Source: an uncultured Acidobacteriota bacterium (lineage in GTDB: Bacteria > Acidobacteriota > Terriglobia > Terriglobales > Acidobacteriaceae). Taken from it: a DNA stretch of 64,000 nt. The notes under the pieces were generated by a model that saw nothing but the letters and a program-made list of their open reading frames with translations, did no database searches and was not told the origin of the DNA. Shown one piece after another: positions 9,417-20,823 of this stretch. The stretch is from contig CAWJDR010000003.1 in the NCBI GenBank assembly GCA_963841655.1, positions 74,854 to 138,853 on the forward strand, read 5' to 3'. The position numbers and the translations under genes are program-made. Numbering within the stretch: the first letter of the stretch is position 1; each line of letters opens with the position of its first letter.

Positions 9417-11776
9417 ATGACTCAACATACCCAGCGGTGGTCGCAGCGGCTGAGCCGCCTATCAAGCCGCCAGGTCGATATTGCTCTTGCCATCATGGTG
9501 ACCGCGGCGGGTCTTCTGCTGTTTGCATTTGCGGGCATTGGTGGAAGCCGGCGCGCCGGTTTCCTTTTTCTCCAGAACGTCGAGCAACGCTTGCTCGACA
9601 TGCGATTCGGACTGCGCGGCCAACGGGCCGCATGATGACCGGATCGTGATCGTCGGTATTGACGAGAGGACACTCCAGAAGATTGGATCGTTCCCACTCC
9701 CTCGCAGCACCTACGCAACGCTCGTGCAACGACTGAGTGCAGGCGGAGCGCGAGTCGTTGCCTTCGATGCAACCTTCCCAACTCCCGAGAGCAACTCCGC
9801 AGCCAAGCCCTACAGAAGTTGCAAGCAGAATTGGGTGCGTCAGCGTCTCCCGCTGTTACGCATGACAATTCGGCAGCTTCAGGCGGCGAGTGATCAGGAT
9901 GCCTTGCTGGCCCACACATTGAAGGAATCGGGGAACGTGGTGCTCGGTCATCTGTTTCTCGATGCGGAGCGCGCCAAAGGCGCGGATCCAAAGCTGGAAG
10001 AAGAATATTTCAATATCGTGTGGGCCAAGGCCTTTCCGCAGGTACTCAAGGTCAAATCCAAAGACGGTCGCGACTTCGACCTAGGGAAGGCCTGGATCGA
10101 CAACGGCGGTACGGTGGCTGCCGGAGCGGAAGCCAACATCACTAAACTTGCCGAGGCGGCCGCATCATACGGGTTCATCGACATCAATCCCGATGCGGAC
10201 GGGACCCTGCGGCACGCGTTGCTGATCATGCGCTACCGGGACCAGGATTTTTTCCCTTCGCTGGCACTGCAAATCCTGCGCGAGTACGAACAGATTCCCG
10301 ATCAGCAAATTGCGGCGTACATCTCGGAAGACGGGCTCGAGCGAGTTCAGTTCGGAGGACATGAGCTCCATGCTTCCAGAGATGGCACCGCCATCATCAA
10401 CTACGTCGGTCCTTACGAGACTTATTCGCATTACTCGATGTGGGACGTCATGCGCGGCTCCGTTCCACCGGAGACGTTTAAGGACAAGATCGTCCTGGTG
10501 GGGGCCACTGCGAAGGCGATCGGAGATCTGCGCAACACGCCCTTCCAGGGTCGCGAAGCCTACATGGGCGTCGAGGTACACGCCAACATCCTCGACAACT
10601 TGCTTCACAGCGGAGAAAAGGGACGAGGCTTCTTGACCCGTGGAGCCCGTGAAGAGATGACGGATATCGGGTTCATCCTCTTATTTGGAATTGGTCTGGC
10701 TTGGTGGTTCGGCCGGGTCCGGCCGCTTTATTCGACTCTGTCGGTAGTGCTCTTGCTAGGCGGGTTCGGGTGGTTCGTATACTTCAGCTTTGCGCAGTGG
10801 GGGAGTTGGCTCAGTTTCACGATTCCGGCGGGTACGCTGGTGGCGAACTACGCGACGATTACCAGCTTCCGCATGATTTTCGAAGAACGCGAAAAACGGA
10901 AGATCCGAAAGACGTTCTCACAATACTTGTCGCCCGGCGTCATCGCACTGATTGAGAAAGATCCGCAGAAATACATCCGGCCAGGTGGTGAGACGAAAGA
11001 TCTGACCGTTATGTTCAGTGATATCCGTGATTTCACGACCTTGTCCGAAGGCCTGACCGCCGATGAACTCGTGCACCTGCTGAACGAATACCTGGGTGAG
11101 ATGACGGACGCGCTTTTCCGAAACCTTGGCACGCTCGACAAATACATCGGCGACGCCATCATGGCATTTTGGGGATCGCCTTATCCGCAAGACGATCACG
11201 CGCTGCGCGCTTGCGCATGTGCGCTGGAAATGGTTCGCTGCCTCGATATTTTGAATGCCAAATGGGAGGCAGAAGGGCGAAAACGCATTTCCATCGGGAT
11301 CGGGTTGAACACGGGTCCTGTGAATGTGGGCAACATGGGATCGTCGAAGCGGCTGGCTTGGACCGTCATGGGCGACAACGTGAACCTCGCCTCGCGACTG
11401 GAAGGCATGACCAAGCAATACCGCACCAGAATCATCATCAGCGAGGCCACGTATCGGCAGGTCGCCGACCATTTCGTTTGCCGCGATCTCGATAACATCC
11501 GCGTAAAGGGAAAGCTGCAGCCGGTGGGAATCTACGAAGTACTGGGCCCTGTGGAAGACCAGCTCAAAATATGAACCACTGCTGCAAGGTTTCAACGACG
11601 CAATGAGCGCATACCGCAGTCAGCGGTGGCAGGAGGCAGCAGGTAAATTTGGAGTTCTCCTGACCTCGTACCCCGACGACGGACCGACCCAGATTTTTCT
11701 GCAGCGAGCTCTGGATTTCATGGAAAAAGCGCCCGACCCCGATTGGGACGGCGTCTACGTGATGAAGACCAAGTAG
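9417..11776 (+). pseudogene. CHASE2-sensor class III adenylate/guanylate cyclase; two frameshifts as assembled
   Basis: The N-terminal TM plus LQNVEQRLLDMRFGLRGQR lies in the frame of ORF 9243..9635 (ATG 9417). The CHASE2 body, 3 TM helices and the cyclase domain (VMFSDIRDFTTLSE ... GDAIMAFWG ... GLNTGPVNVGNMGS) lie in ORF 9523..11574. The conserved tail YEPLLQGFNDAMSAYRSQRWQEAA...DWDGVYVMKTK continues in a third frame to the TAG at 11774-76. The shifts fall at GGG 9625-27 and AAAA 11566-69. Confidence 0.85.
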
Positions 11777-11783
11777 CCCCGAT

Positions 11784-13322
11784 TTACTTCTCGAAATTTC
11801 TCCAGTGGCGGCCGTCGTGTTCCAACAATGCGTCGGCTTCCTTGGGACCCCATGTGCCAGCGGCATAGTTCGGAAAGCTGCGTGGGGGCAGAGCCTTCCA
11901 GATATCCAGCATGGGGCTAACGATGCTCCACCCTGCCTCGACCATATCGGCGCGCTGAAACAAGGTAGCGTCACCCACCATGCAGTCGTGCAGGAGTCGT
12001 TCGTACCCGTGCTGGGCTGCTTTGCCGAAGTAGTCTGCGTATTCAAAATCCATGTCGACCGTTCCCAGCCGCATCACCGGCCCCGGAGTCTTCGCCGCGA
12101 AACGCAAAGAAATGCCCTCTTCTGGTTGGATATGGAGCACCAGTTGGTTTGGCATCAGATTCTCGACGCTGGTGTCGCGGAAAAGAACAAACGGTGCCTG
12201 CCGGAACTGAATAACAATGTGGGTGTTGCGTGCCGGGAAGCGCTTGCCAGTGCGGAGATAGAAGGGAACTCCAGCCCAGCGCCAATTGTCGATCTGCAAC
12301 TTCATAGCGACATAGGTTTCGGTGCGCGAGTCGGGAGGCACGCCTGGCTCGGACCGGTAGGCTGGGACGTGCTGCCCGAGGAATTCTCCTTCGCCATATT
12401 GCCCACGCACGGTACGGCTCAGGACTTCTTCCGAAGTCAGGGGCTGGATCGCGTGCAGGATCTTCGCCTGCTCGTCACGAACCGCGTCCGCCTGAAACGA
12501 TATGGGTGGCTCCATGGCGGTGAGGCTGATCAATTGCATGATGTGATTCGGGACCATGTCGCGGAGCGCTCCGGCATGGTCGTAGTATCCGCCACGCTGC
12601 TCGACGCCGACCGTTTCCGCTACTGAGATCTGGATGTGGTCGATGTAGCGACGATTCCAGATCGGTTCGAAGATCCCATTGGCAAAGCGGAAGGCCATGA
12701 TGTTCTGCACCGTCTCTTTGCCCAGGTAGTGATCAATCCGATAGATCTGCTGCTCATCGACGACCTTGAGCAGTTGTTTATTCAGAGCGCGCGCCGACTC
12801 GAGGTCACGGCCGAAAGGCTTTTCGACTATCACACGCCGCCAGTGATGGTTCTCCTCCGTCATCAGGCCAACGGCGTGCAGTTGTTCCACGACCGGGCCA
12901 AAGAAATCAGGTGCGATCGCAAGATAGTAGAAATAGTTGCCGTGCGTAGCGTGAGCGTCGTCCAGTTTCTGGAGCAGATCCTTTAATTGCAAGAAGGTGC
13001 GTTGATCCCCGAACTCACCGGTCAGGTAGTACATGCGGCGTTCGAACCACTCCTGTAGATCGGCGTCCAGTTCGACATCCGCAAACTGCTGCAGGTCCTG
13101 TTTGAGCTTGACTCGGAACTCCTCAGTCGTCATTGCGTCGTGTGCCACCCCTACGACAGCAAACTCACGGGATAGTAGATGGTGTTTTCCCAGGTTGTAG
13201 AGCGCAGGAATCAATTTCCGTCGGGTCAGATCCCCGGAAGCACCAAAGATCACCATAACGCAGGGATCTCCTGGACGGCCGATCCGTTCACCGTCCCCGT
13301 TAGCAGCGGCAGTTTGAGCCAT
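11784..13322 (-). CDS. zwf: glucose-6-phosphate dehydrogenase
   Basis: 512 aa. [20 protein letters not shown] and EKPFG motifs. Confidence 0.95.
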   Translation of the reverse strand: MAQTAAANGDGERIGRPGDPCVMVIFGASGDLTRRKLIPALYNLGKHHLLSREFAVVGVAHDAMTTEEFRVKLKQDLQQFADVELDADLQEWFERRMYYLTGEFGDQRTFLQLKDLLQKLDDAHATHGNYFYYLAIAPDFFGPVVEQLHAVGLMTEENHHWRRVIVEKPFGRDLESARALNKQLLKVVDEQQIYRIDHYLGKETVQNIMAFRFANGIFEPIWNRRYIDHIQISVAETVGVEQRGGYYDHAGALRDMVPNHIMQLISLTAMEPPISFQADAVRDEQAKILHAIQPLTSEEVLSRTVRGQYGEGEFLGQHVPAYRSEPGVPPDSRTETYVAMKLQIDNWRWAGVPFYLRTGKRFPARNTHIVIQFRQAPFVLFRDTSVENLMPNQLVLHIQPEEGISLRFAAKTPGPVMRLGTVDMDFEYADYFGKAAQHGYERLLHDCMVGDATLFQRADMVEAGWSIVSPMLDIWKALPPRSFPNYAAGTWGPKEADALLEHDGRHWRNFEK

Positions 13323-13491
13323 GAGTCACTTTCCTTGAGGAGTTCCGAAAAGTTTACCAAGCGCTCATCGGTGCTTTGTTTCATTTGTGGGTACCGGTAA
13401 CGAACCGAAGTCCCAAGCTGCAGTTATCTTGCGCCCCGTGTGTCGCTGTGGTACCTAGAGGAACATCTCTGAAAACGGATGAGGTTCACGG

Positions 13492-15684
13492 GTGCGGATT
13501 AGCCGGGGTGTGTCCCGATGGCGTCTCGCGCGAATTCCGGGCTGGGTGCAATGGTTGCCCGCATCCCTGTGCCTATTCGCGTCGGCAGTATCTGCGCAGG
13601 CGCCGGTGAGTACCCAAGGTTCACCTGAACGCCGGATTCCCGAACGAAGTGCCATAAGCACAGCCGCGCTCCAGGGCAAGGTTCGTGATCAGTGGGGACG
13701 GGCCGTGCCGGCTGTGGCGATAGAACTTCGCGGCAAATTGCAAACCTACACCGCCGTCACCAATGCTGAAGGAATCTTCCGCTTGCGAGACATCCGCCTT
13801 GGGGAATACGAACTTCAACTTGCACACGAGGGCTTCGAGTCTCGCGTTATGAAGGACCTAAAGGTCGAAAGAGCGGGCCTGATCGTGCTGGAGATCGACC
13901 TGCAATCATTGACCAACAGCTCTCCCGAGAGCGAAAGTCTCTCGGGCGTTCCTGGGTCGCCGCGAACCCTTCCCCAGCCAATCGTTTCGACTTCCCCGTA
14001 TCCCGGTATACGTAACCCTGTCACCGGCACCATCGCGGCCGAGGCTGCGAACGAAGCCGTTCCTGCCGCGTCGGATACCTTTGCATCTGCTTTTGATCGC
14101 TGGGAAATCGCGATACCGGAATGGAAGCGTTACGAGACTCAACCCGATGCTCCCTATGTAAAAGGGCACTGGTACGACCCGTTCAACCGGAACAAGCTCA
14201 AAGGAGACTATCCCGTCTTCGGACAGCGCTGGTTCTTTAATTTCACAGGCAGAAGCGAAACTCATTTTGGTGCCCGCCGCTTGCCGCTACCCAGTGGCCT
14301 TGACTCGGCCAATCCCGGCAGTAGCGCATTCTTTGGTCGGGGAGAGCAAGCGCTGGCGGCGGAAGACTTGCGTTTTTCGTTTGATCTGTTTCGCGGCGAT
14401 ACCGCCTTCCGCCCAGCAGATATACGATTCCGCTTCACGCCCGAGGTGAACCTGAATTTTCTGCAGGCTCGCGAGCGCGGCATCGTGAACATCGATCCGC
14501 GCAAGGGCACAGAGCGATTCGATACGCACGCAGGCGTGCAGGAAGCGTTCGTCGAGGCGAAGCTCCACGATCTTAGTCCCAACTACGATTTCGTCTCGAT
14601 TCGGGCTGGAATTCAGCAGTTCACCAGCGATTTCCGCGGGTTCCTCTTCTCGGAAGAGCAACCCGGAGTGCGGGTTTTCGGGAATTTAGGCTCTAACCGT
14701 TTCGCGTACAACCTGGCTTGGTTCTACTTCCTGGAGAAGAACACAAACAGCGGATTGAACACGTTTCAAAATCGTGGACAGCAAGTCTATGTGGCCAACG
14801 TTTATGTGCAGGACTTTCTGGCCAAGGGGTACACCACGGAGTTCAGTTTCCACCACAACCGCGATCACGGTGGTGTTCACTTCGACGACAATGGGTTTCT
14901 TGTGCGCCCGGCGCCGATTGGAGGCGTAGTCAACAGCACAATCAAAACTCACAACATTGAGGCCTACTACCTCGGGTGGGCGAGCAACGGCCACATTGGA
15001 CGTCTTAATGTGAGTCACGCCTTCTATCAAGCATTGGGACATGATGACTTCAACGCGATTGCGGGCCGGCGTGTCGACATCAACGCCCGCATGGCTGCGC
15101 TTGAGCTTTCTGTCGATAAGGACTGGGCGCGCTATCGAGCGTCAGTCTTCTACTCGTCGGGAGACTCGAGCAACCGTTCAGGAACATCCCGAACCGACGG
15201 CACAGCGCACGGATTCGACTCCATCGTAGACGATACACATTTTGCAGGAAGTGCTTTCAGTTTCTGGAACAGCGAGGGATTGCGGCTCACCGGAACTGGT
15301 ATTGCGCTGGTCAGTCCGGCGAGTCTTTTGCCGAGTCTGCGGGCGAATAAAGAGGAAGGCCAAGCCAATTTTGTAAATCCTGGTCTCATGCTGTTTAACA
15401 TCGGCGCGGACTTCAATCTCACTCCCAAACTGCGCACATTCGTCAACACGAACTATCTGCGATTTGACCGTACGGAGCCGCTGGAGTTGCTGCTGTTTCA
15501 GCGGCCAATTGACCACGGCATCGGCACAGATTTCGGAGCTGGTGCCGAGTACCGGCCTCCGCTGAGTGAAAACATTGTGATTCGCGGAGGAGCTTCCGCT
15601 TTGGTGCCCGGCCAGGGACTCAAGCAGATTTACAGTGGCCAGACTCTGTTTTCGTTGTTCGGCAACATTCGATTTCAGTTCTAG
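13492..15684 (+). CDS. outer-membrane beta-barrel protein with N-terminal carboxypeptidase-regulatory-like domain
   Basis: 730 aa. Signal peptide (..[10 protein letters not shown]), a CarboxypepD_reg-like stretch ([20 protein letters not shown]...[18 protein letters not shown]), a long alternating-strand region, and a C-terminal OMP signal ..FGNIRFQF. 20 nt upstream of the large cytochrome gene. Confidence 0.6.
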   Translation: MRISRGVSRWRLARIPGWVQWLPASLCLFASAVSAQAPVSTQGSPERRIPERSAISTAALQGKVRDQWGRAVPAVAIELRGKLQTYTAVTNAEGIFRLRDIRLGEYELQLAHEGFESRVMKDLKVERAGLIVLEIDLQSLTNSSPESESLSGVPGSPRTLPQPIVSTSPYPGIRNPVTGTIAAEAANEAVPAASDTFASAFDRWEIAIPEWKRYETQPDAPYVKGHWYDPFNRNKLKGDYPVFGQRWFFNFTGRSETHFGARRLPLPSGLDSANPGSSAFFGRGEQALAAEDLRFSFDLFRGDTAFRPADIRFRFTPEVNLNFLQARERGIVNIDPRKGTERFDTHAGVQEAFVEAKLHDLSPNYDFVSIRAGIQQFTSDFRGFLFSEEQPGVRVFGNLGSNRFAYNLAWFYFLEKNTNSGLNTFQNRGQQVYVANVYVQDFLAKGYTTEFSFHHNRDHGGVHFDDNGFLVRPAPIGGVVNSTIKTHNIEAYYLGWASNGHIGRLNVSHAFYQALGHDDFNAIAGRRVDINARMAALELSVDKDWARYRASVFYSSGDSSNRSGTSRTDGTAHGFDSIVDDTHFAGSAFSFWNSEGLRLTGTGIALVSPASLLPSLRANKEEGQANFVNPGLMLFNIGADFNLTPKLRTFVNTNYLRFDRTEPLELLLFQRPIDHGIGTDFGAGAEYRPPLSENIVIRGGASALVPGQGLKQIYSGQTLFSLFGNIRFQF

Positions 15685-15704
15685 ACGACAGTTCGACCCT
15701 TGGC

Positions 15705-18700
15705 ATGAAGATTGCACACGCAAGGATAGCTTTGGTCCTGTTGACGGCGATCGTGGCCTCGCCGACATATCTGCGCGCGCAATCTGACGCAGCCGAGCCG
15801 AATGCACTTCTCTTGCAGTCGCAAGCCGATACCGATGAAAAGTCAGGCGGATGCCTAACCTGTCATACCGCTACTGACAGTCCAACGATGCACACGACCG
15901 GAACCGTGCGACTTGGCTGCACCGATTGTCACGGCGGCAACAGCGAAATTCGGGGGACCGGCAGTCCGAAGTCCCCGGAATACCTGCAAGCAAAAAAGCG
16001 AGCTCACCCCGAGGCGAGCATTTTGCGTTCGGACGAATCAGCGAATCCAGTGCGTGTCTCTACCGGCTGGTTGCGTGAGGACTGGAACTATGTTCGTTTT
16101 GTGAATCCAGGCGATCTTCGAGTGGCAGAAAGGACCTGCGGAGCTTCAGGGTGTCACATTGCCGAGGTTAGAAAAGTTCAAACCAGCATGATGACGCACG
16201 GTGCCATGCTCTGGGGCGCCGCCCTGTACAACAATGGTGCATTCCCCTTGAAGGATCCGCATTTCGGTGAAAGCTATGGTCCTGATGGCGTGCCGCAGCA
16301 GCTTATGACATTTCCAACTCCGACTGGAGAGGAGATCGAAAAGAAAGGCGTTCTGCCGCAGCTTGAGCCTTTGCAGCGGTGGGAAATTTCGCAACCTGGA
16401 AATGTGCTGCGAGTTTTCGAACGTGGAGGTCGAAAGCGTTCCGAGATAGGCAATCCCGATCCAGAAGAAGACCCCGGCAAGCCCGAGATCAAGCTGAGCG
16501 AACGGGGATTCGGAACCGAGTTGCGCACCGATCCTGTTTTTCTCGGCCTGCAGAAGACTCGCCTTCTCGATCCGCTCTTGTCGTTTCCAGGCACGAACGA
16601 TCAGGCCGGCGACTATCGTGCGAGCGGCTGTAGTGCCTGTCACGTTATATATGCAAATGACCGGTCCGCGGAGCATTCCGGCACCTCTGCGATGAACGGC
16701 AACCGCGGGCAAAGTGCATCCGAGGATCCAACCATTCCTCGTGACCAATCCGGGCATCCGATTCGCCACGAGTTCACGCGCTCGATTCCATCGAGTCAAT
16801 GCATTGTCTGCCACATCCACCCGGGCACCAACATGGTGGCTACTTATTTCGGGTACACCTGGTGGGATAACGAAATGGATGGCCAGCACATGTGGCCACC
16901 TCAGCAGCGTCGGGCGACCAGCGCTGAACAGAGTCAAGTGCAGGCCCGCAATCCGGAGCGCTCTGCCATTCGTGGCTTGTGGTCCGACGTTAAGTTTCTT
17001 GAAACGACGGGCACGCCCGAGTTTAACCGGCAACTCAACGATACCCAGTTTGCCGATTTTCACAGCCATGGCTGGATCTTCCGCGCAGTTTTTAAACACG
17101 ATCGCAAAGGCACGCTGCTGGACGCCCAAGATCGGCCTGTATCCCATGAGGATCCTGAGAAATTCGGCAGGGCAGTCCACCTCAAGGACATTCACCTCGA
17201 AAAGGGCATGCACTGCATCGATTGCCATTTCGAGCAGGACAATCATGGCAATGGGAAACTGTACGGAGAGACTCGCAATGCGATTGAGATCGATTGCGTC
17301 GATTGTCACGGCACGATCGAGCAACGAGCCACGCTGAGTACCTCGGGTCCAGCGGCCCCTACAGGTGGCACGAAACTGGCCGCACTTCGTACCCCGTGGA
17401 GAGAACGCCGTTTCTATTGGAGCGAAGGTCGTTTGTATCAGCGATCGATGCTCGACAAGGACAAGAAGTGGGAAGTCGTGCAAGTGCTGGACACGATCAC
17501 TCCGGGTAACGAGCACTACAGTGAAAAGTCACGACTGGCGAAGACAGTTCAGCAAGACGGTCAAACGTGGGGCGCGGCAGTCGATGAATCCAGATTGGCG
17601 CACCAAAACAGCCGAATGACCTGCTACGCCTGCCACTCGTCGTGGGCCCCTACCTGTTACGGATGCCATCTTTCGATGACTGCCAACCAGCGTACGCCGA
17701 TGCTGCACAACGAGGGCACGACGACGCGCAATTGGACTTCCTACAATTTCCAGATCCTTCGGGACGATATCTACACTCTCGGCATCGATGGAACCGTGAC
17801 TGGACATCGAGTGGCGCCTGTGCGATCGGCTTGTGCCGTACTCGTCAGTTCGCAGAACAATGATCGCGATTGGCTCTACTATCAGCAACAGACGATCTCG
17901 GCGGAAGGCTTCAGCGGGCAGGCGTTCTCGACGTTTGTGCCGCACACCGTGCGTGCCAAGGAAACCAAAGGATGCACGGATTGCCACGTGTCACGCGCGA
18001 ACGATAACAATGCGTGGATGGCGCAGTTGCTGTTGCAGGGTACCAACTTCATGAACTTCATGGGGCGTTACGTGTTTGTCGCGGACGGTAAAAGCGGGTT
18101 TGAGGCGGTAGCTGTTACCGAACACGACGAACCGCCGGTCGTGTTCGGCAGCGACTTCCAGAAGATCGCCTTTCCAGAAGACTTTAAGGCCCACGTTGAA
18201 CGCCGTCGCGAATTGAAACAGGCGTACGGTCATTCCGGTGCTGAAGTCCTCGATCTCCAGGCGCGCGGCGAGTATCTGTACGCAGCTACTGGAACAGGAG
18301 GATTGCGCATCTTCGATATCGCCAACATCGACAACAAAGATATTTCGGAACGCCTGGTGACCGCCCCCGTCTCACGGCTCGGCCAGCGCTTCTACCTTCC
18401 CACCAAGTACGCGACCGCCGTAGCAACACCAACGACTCTAGGGGTCGACCCATTGCGGACCCATCGCAAGGAGAACGAAGAGCAAGCCGTCCATCTGATG
18501 TACGGTTTTCTTTACGTTGCTGACAAGTACGAAGGTCTCGTGATCGTCGGAGATCCTAATCTGAAGAGCAAGAGTCCCGGAGTGGGCACTCTCCTTGACG
18601 GGAATCCTGCGAACAATTTTCTAAAGCGGGCGTTGGCGTTCAACCCTGAGGGGAAGTTAAACGGAGCACGCCGGATCACGATCGCAGGCACGTACGCGTA

Positions 18701-19442
18701 TGTGCTGTGCGATGTCGGTCTGGTGGTTGTTGACCTCGAAAACCCGCTCCAGCCCAAAATCACGTCCGAAATCGGAAATCCAGTACTGAATGCTCCGCGC
18801 GGGATCGCGGTGCAGTTTCGGTATGCGTTCGTGGTAGATCGCGAAGGCCTGAAGGTTCTCGATGTAACTCGTCTGGACCAACCACGAGTTGTATCCGGTG
18901 CAACTGTGCCTGTGGACGACGCTCGCAACATTTATGTTGCGCGTACGTACGCATATGTCGCGGCCGGGAAGGATGGCGTGGCGATCGTCGATGTAGAGCG
19001 GCCGGAGAATCCCAAGCTTGACCAGGTGTTCAATGCGGATGGCCAGGTGAACGACGCCTATGATGTCAAGCTGGGCATGGTCAGTTCGAGCCTCTTCGCT
19101 TATGTCGCAGATGGAAAGCATGGTCTGCGGGTTGTGCAATTGTTCTCGCCCGTCGACAACCCGGCCTTTAGTGGTTTTAGTCCCAGGCCAACTCCGAAGT
19201 TGATTGCCAGCTACCGCACGCGCGGCCCTGCCCTTGCAGTTTCGAAGGGCATCGATCGGGATCGCGCCGTGGACGAAAGCGGGAATCAGCTAGCGGTTTT
19301 CGGGCGCCGTGGAGCTCGTCCGTTCAATCGGCAGGAAATGGAACGCATGTTCCTTCGGGATAGTGAGTTGTATACGGTGACTGACGATCCGCCGAATGCG
19401 CCAGTTGCTGATGCTAAGCCGACCTCTGCGAATTCTCACTGA
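15705..19442 (+). CDS. multihaem c-type cytochrome fused to a C-terminal LVIVD-repeat beta-propeller
   Basis: 1245 aa with a signal peptide. 9 CxxCH motifs (CLTCH, CTDCH, CSACH, CIVCH, CIDCH, CVDCH, CYACH, CYGCH, CTDCH) plus one CGASGCH. About 6 LVIVD-type repeats ([74 protein letters not shown]) lie roughly at nt 18270-19160. Confidence 0.8.
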   Translation: MKIAHARIALVLLTAIVASPTYLRAQSDAAEPNALLLQSQADTDEKSGGCLTCHTATDSPTMHTTGTVRLGCTDCHGGNSEIRGTGSPKSPEYLQAKKRAHPEASILRSDESANPVRVSTGWLREDWNYVRFVNPGDLRVAERTCGASGCHIAEVRKVQTSMMTHGAMLWGAALYNNGAFPLKDPHFGESYGPDGVPQQLMTFPTPTGEEIEKKGVLPQLEPLQRWEISQPGNVLRVFERGGRKRSEIGNPDPEEDPGKPEIKLSERGFGTELRTDPVFLGLQKTRLLDPLLSFPGTNDQAGDYRASGCSACHVIYANDRSAEHSGTSAMNGNRGQSASEDPTIPRDQSGHPIRHEFTRSIPSSQCIVCHIHPGTNMVATYFGYTWWDNEMDGQHMWPPQQRRATSAEQSQVQARNPERSAIRGLWSDVKFLETTGTPEFNRQLNDTQFADFHSHGWIFRAVFKHDRKGTLLDAQDRPVSHEDPEKFGRAVHLKDIHLEKGMHCIDCHFEQDNHGNGKLYGETRNAIEIDCVDCHGTIEQRATLSTSGPAAPTGGTKLAALRTPWRERRFYWSEGRLYQRSMLDKDKKWEVVQVLDTITPGNEHYSEKSRLAKTVQQDGQTWGAAVDESRLAHQNSRMTCYACHSSWAPTCYGCHLSMTANQRTPMLHNEGTTTRNWTSYNFQILRDDIYTLGIDGTVTGHRVAPVRSACAVLVSSQNNDRDWLYYQQQTISAEGFSGQAFSTFVPHTVRAKETKGCTDCHVSRANDNNAWMAQLLLQGTNFMNFMGRYVFVADGKSGFEAVAVTEHDEPPVVFGSDFQKIAFPEDFKAHVERRRELKQAYGHSGAEVLDLQARGEYLYAATGTGGLRIFDIANIDNKDISERLVTAPVSRLGQRFYLPTKYATAVATPTTLGVDPLRTHRKENEEQAVHLMYGFLYVADKYEGLVIVGDPNLKSKSPGVGTLLDGNPANNFLKRALAFNPEGKLNGARRITIAGTYAYVLCDVGLVVVDLENPLQPKITSEIGNPVLNAPRGIAVQFRYAFVVDREGLKVLDVTRLDQPRVVSGATVPVDDARNIYVARTYAYVAAGKDGVAIVDVERPENPKLDQVFNADGQVNDAYDVKLGMVSSSLFAYVADGKHGLRVVQLFSPVDNPAFSGFSPRPTPKLIASYRTRGPALAVSKGIDRDRAVDESGNQLAVFGRRGARPFNRQEMERMFLRDSELYTVTDDPPNAPVADAKPTSANSH

Positions 19443-19457
19443 GCAGGGGGGCCGGCG

Positions 19458-20814
19458 TCACTGTGGGCCAAGGTGCGCTATGCCGCGAAGTTCAGGAATA
19501 CTGAAGTGCCCTTTCGTCCGCTTCGCCTGGCTCCAATCATGATATTGGTGGCACTCGAAGCACCGGCCTTCGGCAACTTCTCTTGATGAACTGGCTTCCC
19601 GATGGCACTGGCGGCAGGTCTCGATCCCAGGCAGCAGAATGTCGGATGTATCGTGGCTTTCCATGGTGCGAACGTGGCAGGCGGTACAGGACATCATGCG
19701 ATGGGCGCGATGATCAAATTCGGCATGTCGTAGCCACCGGGGCGCGATGTTCGCCGGTGCGACCTCCGGAAGAGTCCCAGCGACGGAATCGAGAACGTGG
19801 CACTGCCGGCAGGTCTTGGTCCATAGCAACCATTCCGCATCCTCGGTGCGAAACTGCACCCACTCTGTGGCGTTCCGGGCGACGCGCGGGGCGCGTGCGT
19901 CCTCAGGTAATTGCCGGTTAGGCGGTTCTGCCTCATGAATCACCGCCGGATGAGCCGCTAGATATTCCTCAAATCGCTTCTTCAAAAACAGGTGGACCAC
20001 TTGGGGCTTATCATGTGGCACCTGCTCGCTGCCGAAATGCCTGTCGAATTGCAGCAAATGGCACGCTGCACAGTGGCTTGTGAAGCGAATGGGGACCATG
20101 TACGCCCCGACCTGCACTTTGTTGTCCCGCTCACTACTCTGCGTGAGCGGGTCCGTACGAACCGTGGCCGCATATGGCCAGGTGCCGGAGTCCTCTGACC
20201 GATGGCAATCGTCGCAAGACAACTGCACCCGCGTATGGTCAGGACCGATGAGGTTCGGTTGCAGGTGCAGGTAGTGGTTCAGCCGGATCTTGCCGTGGTC
20301 GATCTGTGCCTCCAATCAGCGCCGAGAATTCCGGATGACTGCGGTCGAAGCTGGAGATTGCAGACGCAAAATGCGGTTGTCCATCCCGAGTCTGCAGATG
20401 CGAATGGCATTGCGTACAACTAGCCACGCTAGCCGCCGACAAGCGCACGTCACCTCGATGCTCCGTGTGGCAGGAGGAGCAATGAGGCGTGAAACGCTGA
20501 TTGGCACGGTGTACCGGGCCGTCGTGACAGGTGAGACACGCCTCGTCGCTTACTTCCTTGAAGAACGTTCCGGTCCGAGTCAGATGGCAGAGGCCGCACT
20601 GCTGCGTAAAGACAGCGTGAGCTTGGGCGAGGGGGCCGCTTGAGTATGCCTTCTGACCTCCTTGGACTTGTTGGGTTAGCAGCCACCCGAGGGCAAGAAC
20701 GGGGACTGTCAACGACAACCAGAAACGCCAGCGGCGAAATGGGTGCGGACGCGCGAAGTACTGCAGGTCAATGCGTCGAGCGAGCTTTTTGGTAGTGCGC
20801 GTCCTTCGCAGCAT
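19458..20814 (-). pseudogene. membrane-anchored multihaem cytochrome c (about 10 CxxCH; c3/NapC-like style); one frameshift as assembled, or two overlapping genes
   Basis: ORF 20239..20814 has an N-terminal TM (WRFWLSLTVPVLALGWLL) and 4 CxxCH. ORF 19458..20315 has 6 CxxCH and starts on TTG. The two overlap by 77 nt. The text reads through as ..SHPEFSAL / LEAQIDHGKIRLNH.. at about 20300-20320. Confidence 0.7.
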
Positions 20815-20823
20815 CGCTTTGTC

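Noticed and set aside
14300-14310. Third copy of TTGACTCGGCC inside the outer-membrane protein gene
   Set aside because: It lies in the coding sequence (..GLDSANPG..) with no plausible -10 box at 17 nt. It is treated as chance and serves as a caveat on the shared-promoter-motif finding.
16146-17516. 456-aa minus-strand ORF
   Set aside because: It is antisense to the multihaem cytochrome gene, whose CxxCH motifs and signal peptide make the plus frame the real one.
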